A stretch of DNA of 64,000 nt from Emiliania huxleyi CCMP1516 (lineage: Eukaryota): positions 298,736-362,735 of the forward strand of contig NW_005201391.1 in assembly GCF_000372725.1 (NCBI RefSeq), given 5' to 3'. A program made the position numbers and the translations under genes. Below the pieces are notes generated by a model that saw only the letters and a list, made by a program, of their open reading frames with translations, ran no database searches and had not been told where the DNA came from. Position 1 is the first letter of the stretch; the number at the start of each line of letters is the position of its first letter. This document shows positions 54,411 to 64,000 of this stretch, in pieces.

Positions 54411-56505
54411 TCACGGCGCCACGTCCTCGTCCTTGCAGGCTGGGTTGAGCGGCCAATGCAGCCCGTCGACGCTCGGCCCGTCCCCTCTGATCGGGATCGG
54501 CCAGAGCAGCAGCCTCCGCCCGAAGACCTGCTCGAGGTTGCGGCGCGGCCCGACGTCATACCTGCTCGACTTTGTGTCGAGGGTCGTCCGGTTGCGGAGC
54601 GCGAGCAAGGAGTGCCACGACCAAAACATGAAGAGGAGGCAGCCGACGGGCACGTCGAGCAGGAAGCAGGTCACGGCGGCCGCCGCGTGGAGCCGCTCTG
54701 CGGTCGACGCTGCGAGGACGAGCGAGACGAGGAAGGGGCCGGAGAAGGACGGAACCTCGAGGGCGGCGGGTGGGGGCGGGGTGGCGCCGCGGGAGGGAGC
54801 TGGGGGAGCGGGCGCGGGGGACGGGAGCGGGCCGCAATGGAGGGAGGGTTGGCGGGGAGAGTGGAGGAAGGAGGGGGGGGGGGGGGGGCATTGGGAAGTG
54901 CTCCAAAGGAAAAGGGGGGGGGGGGGGAAGCGAGGCAGGTGAGGCAAGCACCAGAGCCGATCCGAGCTGGTGTGACTCTGGCGCGTGCAACGACATGGTG
55001 GCGAAGAACTGGGCGATGCGCAGTGCGCTCCTCTCGTCGTCGTCCGCCGCCGCCGCGAGCAGGGATGGCATGCCCCGCTTCTCGAGCCCGTCGAGGAAGG
55101 CGTTGCCTGGAGTGGGGGGCTGGAGTGGGGGGGACGGGTGGTCGCGGCGGCGGAGGTGGCGATGAGGAAAGCTACGTCGCGAGGGGGGTGGCGATGGAAG
55201 AGGGGGCGACTGCGGTGGTACGCGCATGTGCAGACTGGAGGGTGTGAGTCGGAGGTGCAGCAGGGTCCGTCTTCCGCATCTGGGGAGGCGTCGCCGCGCG
55301 CGGACAGCCCGTTGAAGACCTCATGGCCGAGGGCGAACGCGCCTGCAGCAGGGCGAGAGGGAGGGTCGAACCGTGCACGAGGGCGAGAGGGGAGGTGGGT
55401 CGAGCCCCCCGCGGCCGCTCTCCGCCCCCGGCCTCATCCGCCGCCGCTTTTGTGCGCGGTGTCAGGAGTGGCTTGCCGCGCCTCGGTGTCACCGAGCCGA
55501 ATGGGCGGGCAAGGAAGGACGCAGAGGGGGCAGCAGAAGGGCGGGCTCGCGAGGGCGTGGCGCGGACCGTACAGGCAGAGGAGGGCCGAGTAGCCGAGGA
55601 AGAGGATGAAGTACCTGTCGCCCACAACCGACAGCCGCGGCTTGTGAGCGGGCGCCTGTCTGTCCACAAGCTCTGTCCACTAGCTCTCTGCGGCGAGTGG
55701 GCTCACTACGTGGGCTCTGTCCACACGGAGCAGAGGCGGAGGGAGAGGAGAGCACTTGCGGTTGCGCAGTCCCACCGGCGAGCCGACCCAGAAGCAGTAG
55801 TGATCGACTCCGAGCACCATCTCGCCCGCAGAGCTCACCTACGCACACTCGCGCGCGGTTCGCCGCCGGCTCCTGGCCCACGGGCCACCCGCGAGCGTTG
55901 GTCGCCCACATCGCCCGCTCGGGCTGCTGGAGCCCAGAGCGGGCACACACGCGCGAGCAGCCCGGCCCGCCACCAAAGACGAGCGGCGGAGCTCCCGGGT
56001 GCGTCGCCTGCAGCTGCCAAAACGAGACGATCTGCAGCAGCAGGATGGCGTGGCCGAGCAGGACGATGCCGAGGGAGAGCTGGCCAGGAGATCCCTCCAC
56101 ATCGGGGCGGAAGGAACGGCAGGCGTAGTTGCAGACGACGACGGCCCAGTTCGCAAGGACGAGCGACCAGATGAAGGCCACGGCAAATGTCGGCGTGAGG
56201 CACGTTCGGAACACGCGCGCCGGCAGGGCGCGGCGGGCGCGCGTGGCGTAGACCGACGGACCCAGCTTGGGCACGGTCACCTCGAGCCTCGCCTCTTCGC
56301 TGTAACCCTCCTGCATCTGCATGTCGAGCCAGCGGGGCGGCTCGTACCCTGGCAAGAGCACGCGAAACCACTCTCCAGGAGCCGTGCCAGGCGGGATGGA
56401 GACAAAGTGAACGTCGCTCGTTTCCGCGTATCGGCGGGCGTGGGAAGGGCTCTGGGAGGAGCCCTGGTCGTGCGACAAGGATGAGGAGACCTGGCGCTGT
56501 CGCAT
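54411..56505 (-). CDS. DHHC-family palmitoyltransferase, DHYC variant; multi-exon
   Basis: TM1/2, ATHPG, CARSGLQQPERAMW / VSSAGEMVLGVDHYCFWVGSPVGLRNRK / YFILFLGYS, WHSLLALRNRTTLD (TTxE-like), YDVGPRRNLEQVFG..LLWPIP (PaCCT). Confidence 0.88.
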
Positions 56506-57320
56506 TGAGCGCCAAACGTTGGACAGCGCTGTCGACCAACACCGAGTGAGCGAGAAGAATTTTACTAAAGCCCCTCTCACAGCAGACTGGCTCGAGAAGA
56601 AATCACTCTCTCACTAACACCGCCGGGTGCAACCTGTCCTCCAATCGGAATTCTCACTTTGGGACACGGGTGGTGGTGGTCCCCGGGTGGTGGTGGGACT
56701 TGGGCTGTCAGGCCGTCGATTTCTGCGATTTGAGAGAGAGATTTTTAAAGACCAACAAGTCTCTCTCTCCCAACAAGAAATCACGACTCTCACAGCGATT
56801 TGTGCGAAGCGCGCGATTTCTGCGCGGAGCTCGCCGTGGCCCCGCGCGGCCGTACCTACTCGCGTTTTCGGCCCACCACCCTCGACCGAGCTCACCACCA
56901 TCGCGTACGCACGTTTTATCGTGTGCGCGACGCGCTCGATCACCACCGCGGTGGCGACAAGAGCGCCTTTTCAACACGCTGCGATGGCGGTGTGCAGCAC
57001 CAGGCCCGGCAAAATCCACGTCGAAAATTCTTCTGGTCAAAATCGTTAGTCCTCGCGAGAATTCTTTGCCAAAGCCCTCCAGGGTTCCAACTTTTTGCGG
57101 GGTGTGGTATGGTAGTCTCGCGGCCCAAAGGGTGGGGGGGTATGGTCCTGACCGCCCATCCCCGGTCTCCGGGAGGCTGTGAGCAGGCGGGGGGGTATGG
57201 TCTCGAGCCTGCCGAACCATACAATACCAAAAGTCCGAACCCAGGCCAAGCGCGAGGAGATCGCGGCCAAGCGCGAGGAGATCGGCCATGTTGATCCACA
57301 TAAGCCTGCTCTCACGCCTC

Positions 57321-58905
57321 ATGCCGCAGCCGCGCGTCGATGTGGGAGCGTTGTTGACCGACATCGCCATCACACGAGCCAGCGGCGAGCGAGTCAGCCG
57401 AGACACGCAGCTCGAGGCGCTCAGGGCCTGCATCTCGGAGGGCGTGAGCGGTCCGGTGCTGTATCGCGTGTGGGAGGAGGCGCTCATCGACGGCCTTCTC
57501 CCCGCCGACCTCGACAGCGAGACTCGGGCTGCGCTCGACGGCCGAGTACCTCCAGAGGCCGCTTCCTCGGGCGCAGACCTTCTTCCGGTGCAAGAGGAGG
57601 AGGAGCCCGCGCCGCTGCTCTCCGCTGCGCTCGAGCCGCTCTGGGTGCGTCCGTCCGGATCCGTGCGCGAGTACGACTGCACGCGCCCCGAGGGCCTCTC
57701 TGCCGCATGGGAGGCCGTCGCCGCGGGAGACGCTCCGGTGCCTTCTCCTCTCTGAAGATTGTCTTCCGCCTGTCCCGCTTCTTCGCCTGCGCTTCACCGC
57801 CCTCTCCACGCGCCCAGGTGCTCTTCCGCGGCGTCGGGCGGCGCTGGGCGGCGCTGCGCTCGTGGACGCTGCCCTCACTGGCCCGCTCGCTGGCGCGGGG
57901 CATGGTGCGTGTCTCGCCGGGCCCTGCGGTGATGTTTTGCCGCGAGTCGCACCCGCTGGTCCGCTCGGGCGAGTTCGAGCCGCCCTCGCGCATCCTCTCC
58001 ATGCGCGGCGCCGAGTTTGTCCACCGGCTTCGTCGCGGCCGTGGGGGAGCTCCGCCGCTGCTGTACGGCGACGAGGAGCGCGTATACCTGCAGGCGCTCT
58101 CTCGCACGCACAAACACATAAGATACTCAGACCACACACACACGCACTTACACTCTTTCTCTCAGGGCTGTGGGTCCAGTACTTGCAGCTCCCTCGCCTG
58201 CAGGCGCTCGCACCGCCCTCCCTGATGGCGGACGTGGACTTTGGCTTCCTGCCCGAGGCTCCGCCGGGCGGCTACGCCTCTGTCCTCGGCCGTCTGTGGG
58301 TGTCTGCGCCGGGCACGCTCTCGCCGCTCCACTTTGACGAGCAGGACTCGTACCTCTGCCAGGCGGCTTGCAAGAGCCCCCCCCCCCCCCCCTTCACCCC
58401 AACCCCCCCCCTCACCCCTCACCCCACCCCACCCCACCACCCACCAACCACGACCTCCACCCACCCACCCACCCACCGCCCCCGTGCGGCACTGCGCCGC
58501 CGGAGCCGCTCCCCCCTTCAGCTCTGCGCTGCACGAGCCCCGCTCTGCCAGGTGCGCGGCGCCAAGCGCATGCTGCTGTGGCCGGCCGGCCTGCTGCGCG
58601 CGCTGCGGCCGTATGCAGACGACCACCCGCTCGCGAGGCGGCTGCAGCTCCCTCTCACCGGGCCGCGGCCCGCCGACGCGGAATTGGCCGCCGCCGGCGA
58701 CGCATGCCTCGAGGCGCAGCTGCGGCCGGGAGACGTGCTCTTCTTCCCGGCGCGGTGGGCGCACCACACGGAGGCGACGGCGCCCGAGGGAGAGCGCGCG
58801 GGGGGGGCGCGCGGAGCAGCGGCGGGCGCGGCTCAGGACGAGGCGCGGGAGGATGAGGCCTCGTGGTCGCTGGGCTTTCGCACGGACGGGCAGTTTCTGA
58901 TGTGA
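57321..58905 (+). CDS. JmjC/cupin-8 domain hydroxylase (JMJD/FIH-like); 4 exons
   Basis: VLFRGVGRRWAALRSW, YLQ, LWVSAPGTLSPLHFDEQDSYLCQ / VRGAKRMLLWP, LRPGDVLFFPARWAHH (HxD...H). Confidence 0.9.
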
Positions 58906-59114
58906 GCTTGAGACTGCTTTCCCTTGGTGTACGCGTTTCGTACTTGGGTACAGTCAATCACAATGTGCGACGTCGTTCACGTTCTCACATAAGAAAGCGG
59001 ATCTGAGAGAGAAGACGGCCTTTCTTCTAAAGCCTTCGCTCCGCGATGGCAGCAAGACTGGTCAGTCGCCTTAGGGCACCGAAAACCACACGACACGCAC
59101 TCGCACACGCCGAG

Positions 59115-60430
59115 CCGCGCGCGGCCGGCGCCCCTCATGCCCTTCTCCACGCACACCGCGTGAAAACTGCGCGTACGTCCCCGCGCGCACGCAAACACAC
59201 GAGCAGCGCCCAGAAGCCTGTGTCATGGGCGCAAGCCCTGTGCTGGCGCCCCATGGCCGTCCCGCGCCGCCCGCACCAGCTGCGCGCCCCTCGCACTACC
59301 AGATCCAGCCGCTCGTCCACTCCCGCCGCGACGCGCGCGCCGCAGCACACCTCACCAGCACTACCTCGCCTTTTTGCGCCCTGTGCAGGCTCTGCACACT
59401 GCTTCTGGCATCTCACAAGCGGCAGTACCAGGACGCGCCGCGAGTACGACGCAGGCCCTGCACCACGCAAGCCGCGCACGCACGCCCGCACGCGCGCGCG
59501 CGCGCGCGCGCTCATCCGCTCTCTGCTGCACAGACTGCCAGCCTGCCTGCACACACAGCATACAGCACCATGTGCACGCACTGCGCTCAACGATGCAGCC
59601 CGCACCCCGCAACAACAGCCTGCCCCTCGCCTCACCACGCCGTCTCGCGCTCACACCGCCAGCAGCCCAATCAGAGACACTGCAGCGCGCGCCTCTGCAC
59701 GCCTGCAGTCTCTCTGAGACCTTCTCAATCCATCCCGCCGCCGCGCCTTCCCAGGCACACACCGCAGCAGTGAACATGACATGCACATGTACACGTGCAA
59801 CATGTGCATGCACATGCACATGCTACATGTACATGTTGTTGTGAGTCGAAGGATTGGACATCGACCGAGCCCGCGCCTGTCGCCCGTAGTTCCGTTTCTT
59901 TTTACTGCCATAAGCAAAAAAAGAAAAACATCATGACGAGACAAAATTTCTTGTTCCTACTTGGAAACGTCAAACGAAAAACGGCGTGGTGTGTGTAGCA
60001 CCGCTGCCAATGACTGCCGGGGCGTCACACCGACAGGGAGAGAGAACTCACCAGTCCGATAAGGATCAACTGGAAAGCTGAACCCTGGGCTTAGACAGAA
60101 CGGGCGTGGCAGGCTCCAGGGGAGGCCACGCTCTACCCGGGGCGCTAAGGAGGGGAATCGAAACTTACAAAACTGTTGGGCGTCCATCGACAAACAACTC
60201 ACGAGGACACACCGCCAATCCCCCCTCCCCGAGGACCGAACCTTGGCACGTAGCGCACGGGTCATCTCGGAGAGAGAAAGGGGAGGGAAGAGGGGGGGGA
60301 TAAGGGAGCCGAGATACGCGGGAGTACCCTGAGAGTGAGAGCTCTCATTCATGGTCGCTAGAGACCAGGGGAAGCCACCATGGGGAACGGACACCAAGGC
60401 ACTAACTTCATCACTCATTCGCCCCGCACA
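59115..60430 (+). repeat. About 1.3-kb dispersed repeat, copy 2
   Basis: Colinear with 43615-44990; carries a CATG/CACATG-rich insert at 59773-59835. Confidence 0.8.
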
Positions 60431-61015
60431 CCTAGCCTACACTGGTACGCGTTACACGGAGCGCCAAGGGGGAGAGAATGGAGGGGGGAGACTCTGCGTG
60501 CCCGTTACGGCGTTTTTCTTCAAAAGCAATTTTTTTTCTGAGAGAAGACTATATTGTAGTATATAACCGACCGCCCGCCCCCCGGTCCCACACCGCGCAC
60601 CGGCACCCCGCCCAACAGCAACACGGCAGGCAGCACGCGAGGGGCACGCCCCGCGCCCGCCGCCCCGCGGGCCCAGGCGCCGACAAGATATACAGGATCA
60701 GGAATGATACATTTTGATATCGAGGGGAGATGGGTATACAAAATCTAAAAAGGAGCAGTTCCCACTCGTGTCCGTGCTCTGTGTGTCTCTAGCAATGGTT
60801 TGGTAGGATCTAGGAATTTCCTGTGTCTTGGCTTGCGAAGTCACCACAAGTCTACACACCCACATATCACAGAATTTGGCAGTATAGCTGCAACACCCCC
60901 CCGGCACACACTGCAGATCTAGAGCTACTTCAGGTACAGGTACAGCATCTTCCCTACAGCCCCAGCCCGTGTGTCCGTGCTGGGAGGCGGAGGCAGCGGC
61001 CCAAGGTCAGCACGC

Positions 61016-64000
61016 TCACATCCAGCAGATGGCGATGCACGCGTCCAGCGCAACCTCGAGCCCGACATCCGCACCCACTTCCGCGATACTTGCGTCGATC
61101 GCGACGTCGGCCGTTACCTCCGCCGCGACGTCAGCCGCCGCCTCCGACGCGGCCGCTTCCGCGGAGGCCATTGCGTCAGCAACGGCCTCGTCCGTGACGT
61201 CAACCACCGTCTCCATTTCAACGCCGATGACCTCCTGCGCCATTTCAAACTCAATCTCGCCAGTGCCGTCCAGTAGCTGGCTCACGCTGTCTGTGAGCGC
61301 GTCGTCGAGGCTATCGAGCTCAAGGTCGACGAGCTCTTCCGTCTCATCCTCCAGGTCCTCCTCCACCTCCTCTTCCGCCTCCTCGTCAACCCTCCTGCAG
61401 ACTTCGCCGTCCAAGCGCCGGCGCTGCCGCCTCTCGCACTCGGATACGGGAAGATCGTGGTCGCCATTCTCAGCGACGATGCTCAAACGCTCCTCTAAGA
61501 GGCCGTTCATCTGCTCTTGGTCGCGGCAAGACTCGACCTCTCTCTGTTCAGGGTGCTCATTACCGGTGTTTGAACCGTTGTCTGCATCATTGCTGTGTGA
61601 ATCATCGTTGCCATCATTCTTACCGTCGTTGTCACCACTATTGTCGCCGGGGTCGTCCTCACACTTTTCGTCCGTATCATCGACGCCGCAGTTGCACCCA
61701 CTCTCCTTGAGGGCCGCGTTCGAGTAATCCGACTCGCACGGGCCAGGTATCCCGTGCCCGTCTCCGTGCCCCTTCTCAAAGCACTTTGCCTTCTCGAGCT
61801 CGCGACACTTGTTGCTGCGAGCCGTTTCATCCGGAATCTTTTTGTAGCACCTTTTCATGCACTCCTCGTTTGGTGCGTCGTCAGACGGCGCGTCCGTGCA
61901 GCCGATGCCACTTTTTACCATGTCCTTGGAGATCCAGTCCGATTTGCAAAGTGGGTTAAGCAGGTTCCAGCCTTCGCATCCGCCTCCCTTGTGAAGGTAG
62001 CGCTTACAAGTCATCCTATCACTGAGGGCTAGACCATTGCACACAAATTTGTTTGTGGAAGCCCATCCCCCATCCTTGAACATCGCAGCTCCCACCAGCA
62101 TCCCAATAAAGGGAGTGATCAAAGCCGCACAAAACGGAGTATCCACGTTGTGCAGCTGGTTGTTCCAGTTGACAGTGCTGCCATCAGGCCCCGTGATGCC
62201 AAGCAACGACGCGTTCGATTGAATCCAGTCGGTCCACTCGCCACCATTGCCGCCGACTGCGACTGCACATAGGGCTGAGGCGAGGTCTTTCGTCGCGGGG
62301 AAGACACCCCACTGGCCAGATCCCGCGGCCCAAGCTCCTTGGGCGAGGTACCGTTGCAGATTGGTCGTCCTGATTAAGTACTTGCCCGCGCCTGGCACCT
62401 CCGATTCGAGGAAGCGAACGGGGGAATAGAGGCACCTTCGCAGCTGGCCGATGATCGCGCTGTCAAGAAGATCGTGGAGCATGGTCGCACCAAAGTCACA
62501 GCTGTTGGCCTTTTTCTCTGCGTCTGTTGGATTTTTGGCAGAGCACTTCGCCAAGCCCTTGATGGCTTTGCTGGTGAGGGTTGCTGTCCAAGCTCCCAGC
62601 GCTGCGGACGGCGCCAGGGTCATCGCGCTCCAGCACCTCTGCTTGATGGACTGCAGCCCGGCCTGGGCAAACGTCTGGGGTGGCGCGTTGGCCGCGATCA
62701 CCGCCAGCTTGAGGGCGGTGGCGGCATCCGTCGCGACCACCGACGCCGCCTCCTCCGCCGCGTCCTGCCCAACGTCAAACTGCGCGACTGGAAGCACCTC
62801 GACGGCACTCGTGTTGCCCGACCAGTCGGAGACACTCGAGGAGGGCGCCGCCGCGAACTTGGTTTGGCCAGTGGATGTTTGGTACTCGACTAGCGTCCAG
62901 TTGCCCTCGAGCGACGACTCCACCTTTTGGTAGGCCGCGCCCTCCTCGTAGCGCACTAGCCCGTGCTTGACCGACTGCCAGGTCAACTGCTGCCGCGAGC
63001 AGTCGCACATGTCCTGCTCGGGCATGTTGGGGAGGCCTGAGAAGTAGCAGCCGGAGGAGTAGTCGCTCCACGTCGGCGTCGACTGGTCACAAGTGCTGCT
63101 CGGTGCGGCGCAGGACCCCGAGGTCGGCGCTAAGGGCTGGTTCATCTCGACGCCGCGCGAGACACAGGAGGCCGACGAGGGTGCCGAAGTGTACGTGAGC
63201 ACCTGCGACCCCGAGCTCAGCAGCGAGCACGAGGCGGGGCTGCCCGAGCAGGCGGGGCTGAAGACGCAGGCCGGCGGGGTGGAGTCGTACGCCGAGTTGC
63301 CCTGCCAGTAGGTTGGCATCCAAGCGCTGCACTGGTCGTAGCACGCCGCGGGGCTCTGTGGCGCGGACAGCGACGAATCGGAGACGATGAGCGTCACGCT
63401 GCTGTCCTCGCTCGTGGCCATGCCAGCGTCCACCTCGAGGGTCCACGGCACCGTCTTCTCGCCGCAAGCGTGGCACGTGCACCCTTTGAGTAGGTCGCGC
63501 GCCGCCAGCCCCTCGAGTGAGAAGGCCTCCGTCTCGCAATGCGGCCCGGGTGGGTCGGGGCCGCTGGTGACGGGCGTGGCGTACTGAAATGAGGAGGTCG
63601 TGCAGCCAGAACGCGGCGAGGGAGGCCCCGCACTTCCATAGCAGCCATTGTATTGCCAAGCGCAAGTCGCAAACCCGCCCGCGACGCAAGCGCTGAAGCA
63701 CGCCTGCTGCGTGAGGCCGCTGCCGAGCGGCGTGAAGGGCTCGGAGACCGAGTAGCAGCTCTTCCACGAGGGACCAACCACGGTTGCGAACTGGTAAGTC
63801 GAGGACGTGCAACCGGATCGGGCCGAGGGTGTCCCTTCTCCGCCGTAGCATCCGTTGAACTGCCAAGCGCAAGTCGCGTATCCGCCTGCGACGCACGCGC
63901 TGTAGCACTCCTGCTGCGTGAGGGGGCTCGGCGCTGGCGGTGCTGCCTGCGGCGCAGCGCACAGAGACGACCACTCTCCGTAAGCGTAGGAGTTGCCGGT
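61016..64000 (-). CDS. Large Cys-rich, probably extracellular protein with repeated modules and very acidic C-terminus; 5' end outside the window
   Basis: Frame is open from the window end to the stop at 61016 (>990 aa). Two copies of LTQQxCxSACVAGGxATCAWQxNGCYG...RSGCT, a D/N-rich linker, RRQRRRL, and an E/D-rich tail. Confidence 0.8.
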   Translation of the reverse strand, partial: TGNSYAYGEWSSLCAAPQAAPPAPSPLTQQECYSACVAGGYATCAWQFNGCYGGEGTPSARSGCTSSTYQFATVVGPSWKSCYSVSEPFTPLGSGLTQQACFSACVAGGFATCAWQYNGCYGSAGPPSPRSGCTTSSFQYATPVTSGPDPPGPHCETEAFSLEGLAARDLLKGCTCHACGEKTVPWTLEVDAGMATSEDSSVTLIVSDSSLSAPQSPAACYDQCSAWMPTYWQGNSAYDSTPPACVFSPACSGSPASCSLLSSGSQVLTYTSAPSSASCVSRGVEMNQPLAPTSGSCAAPSSTCDQSTPTWSDYSSGCYFSGLPNMPEQDMCDCSRQQLTWQSVKHGLVRYEEGAAYQKVESSLEGNWTLVEYQTSTGQTKFAAAPSSSVSDWSGNTSAVEVLPVAQFDVGQDAAEEAASVVATDAATALKLAVIAANAPPQTFAQAGLQSIKQRCWSAMTLAPSAALGAWTATLTSKAIKGLAKCSAKNPTDAEKKANSCDFGATMLHDLLDSAIIGQLRRCLYSPVRFLESEVPGAGKYLIRTTNLQRYLAQGAWAAGSGQWGVFPATKDLASALCAVAVGGNGGEWTDWIQSNASLLGITGPDGSTVNWNNQLHNVDTPFCAALITPFIGMLVGAAMFKDGGWASTNKFVCNGLALSDRMTCKRYLHKGGGCEGWNLLNPLCKSDWISKDMVKSGIGCTDAPSDDAPNEECMKRCYKKIPDETARSNKCRELEKAKCFEKGHGDGHGIPGPCESDYSNAALKESGCNCGVDDTDEKCEDDPGDNSGDNDGKNDGNDDSHSNDADNGSNTGNEHPEQREVESCRDQEQMNGLLEERLSIVAENGDHDLPVSECERRQRRRLDGEVCRRVDEEAEEEVEEDLEDETEELVDLELDSLDDALTDSVSQLLDGTGEIEFEMAQEVIGVEMETVVDVTDEAVADAMASAEAAASEAAADVAAEVTADVAIDASIAEVGADVGLEVALDACIAICWM

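Noticed and set aside
57095..57230. GGTATGGT repeats upstream of the JmjC gene as a regulatory array
   Set aside because: Only three short copies, with no partner terminus or other support; could be a TE remnant.

Overview
GC-rich, intron-containing eukaryotic genomic DNA with two 100-N assembly gaps. The frequent GC-AG introns, 10-12 nt tandem repeats in introns and TTAGGG tract suggest a haptophyte such as Emiliania/Gephyrocapsa huxleyi (inference). About 20 genes or gene remnants are recognisable. They include an FMRP/FXR-like Agenet-KH-RGG protein, a 2OG-Fe(II) oxygenase, an RlmN-type radical-SAM methyltransferase, an ankyrin protein, an OPA/GlpT-type MFS transporter, a TMEM242-like protein, a V8-like protease and a sulfotransferase plus GT8 glycosyltransferase that are probably one fused gene. 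Further genes are a WWE protein, a cullin-1 pseudogene, an FAD oxidoreductase, an ABCG transporter, a DHYC palmitoyltransferase, a JmjC protein and a large Cys-rich/acidic protein. Between the genes lie many non-autonomous DNA transposons with readable TIRs and TSDs (Tc1/pogo, piggyBac-like, MULE-like and unclassified), some nested. The most striking signal is that most introns in the window start with a degenerate 10-36 nt copy of the start of the next exon, and sometimes end with a copy of the previous exon's end. The filler between the copies is simple-repeat or telomeric DNA, and donors are GT, GC or even GA. This looks like a pervasive intron-creation process based on duplication of the exon junction. 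All exon boundaries were inferred by eye from reading-frame continuity and were not checked against transcripts.
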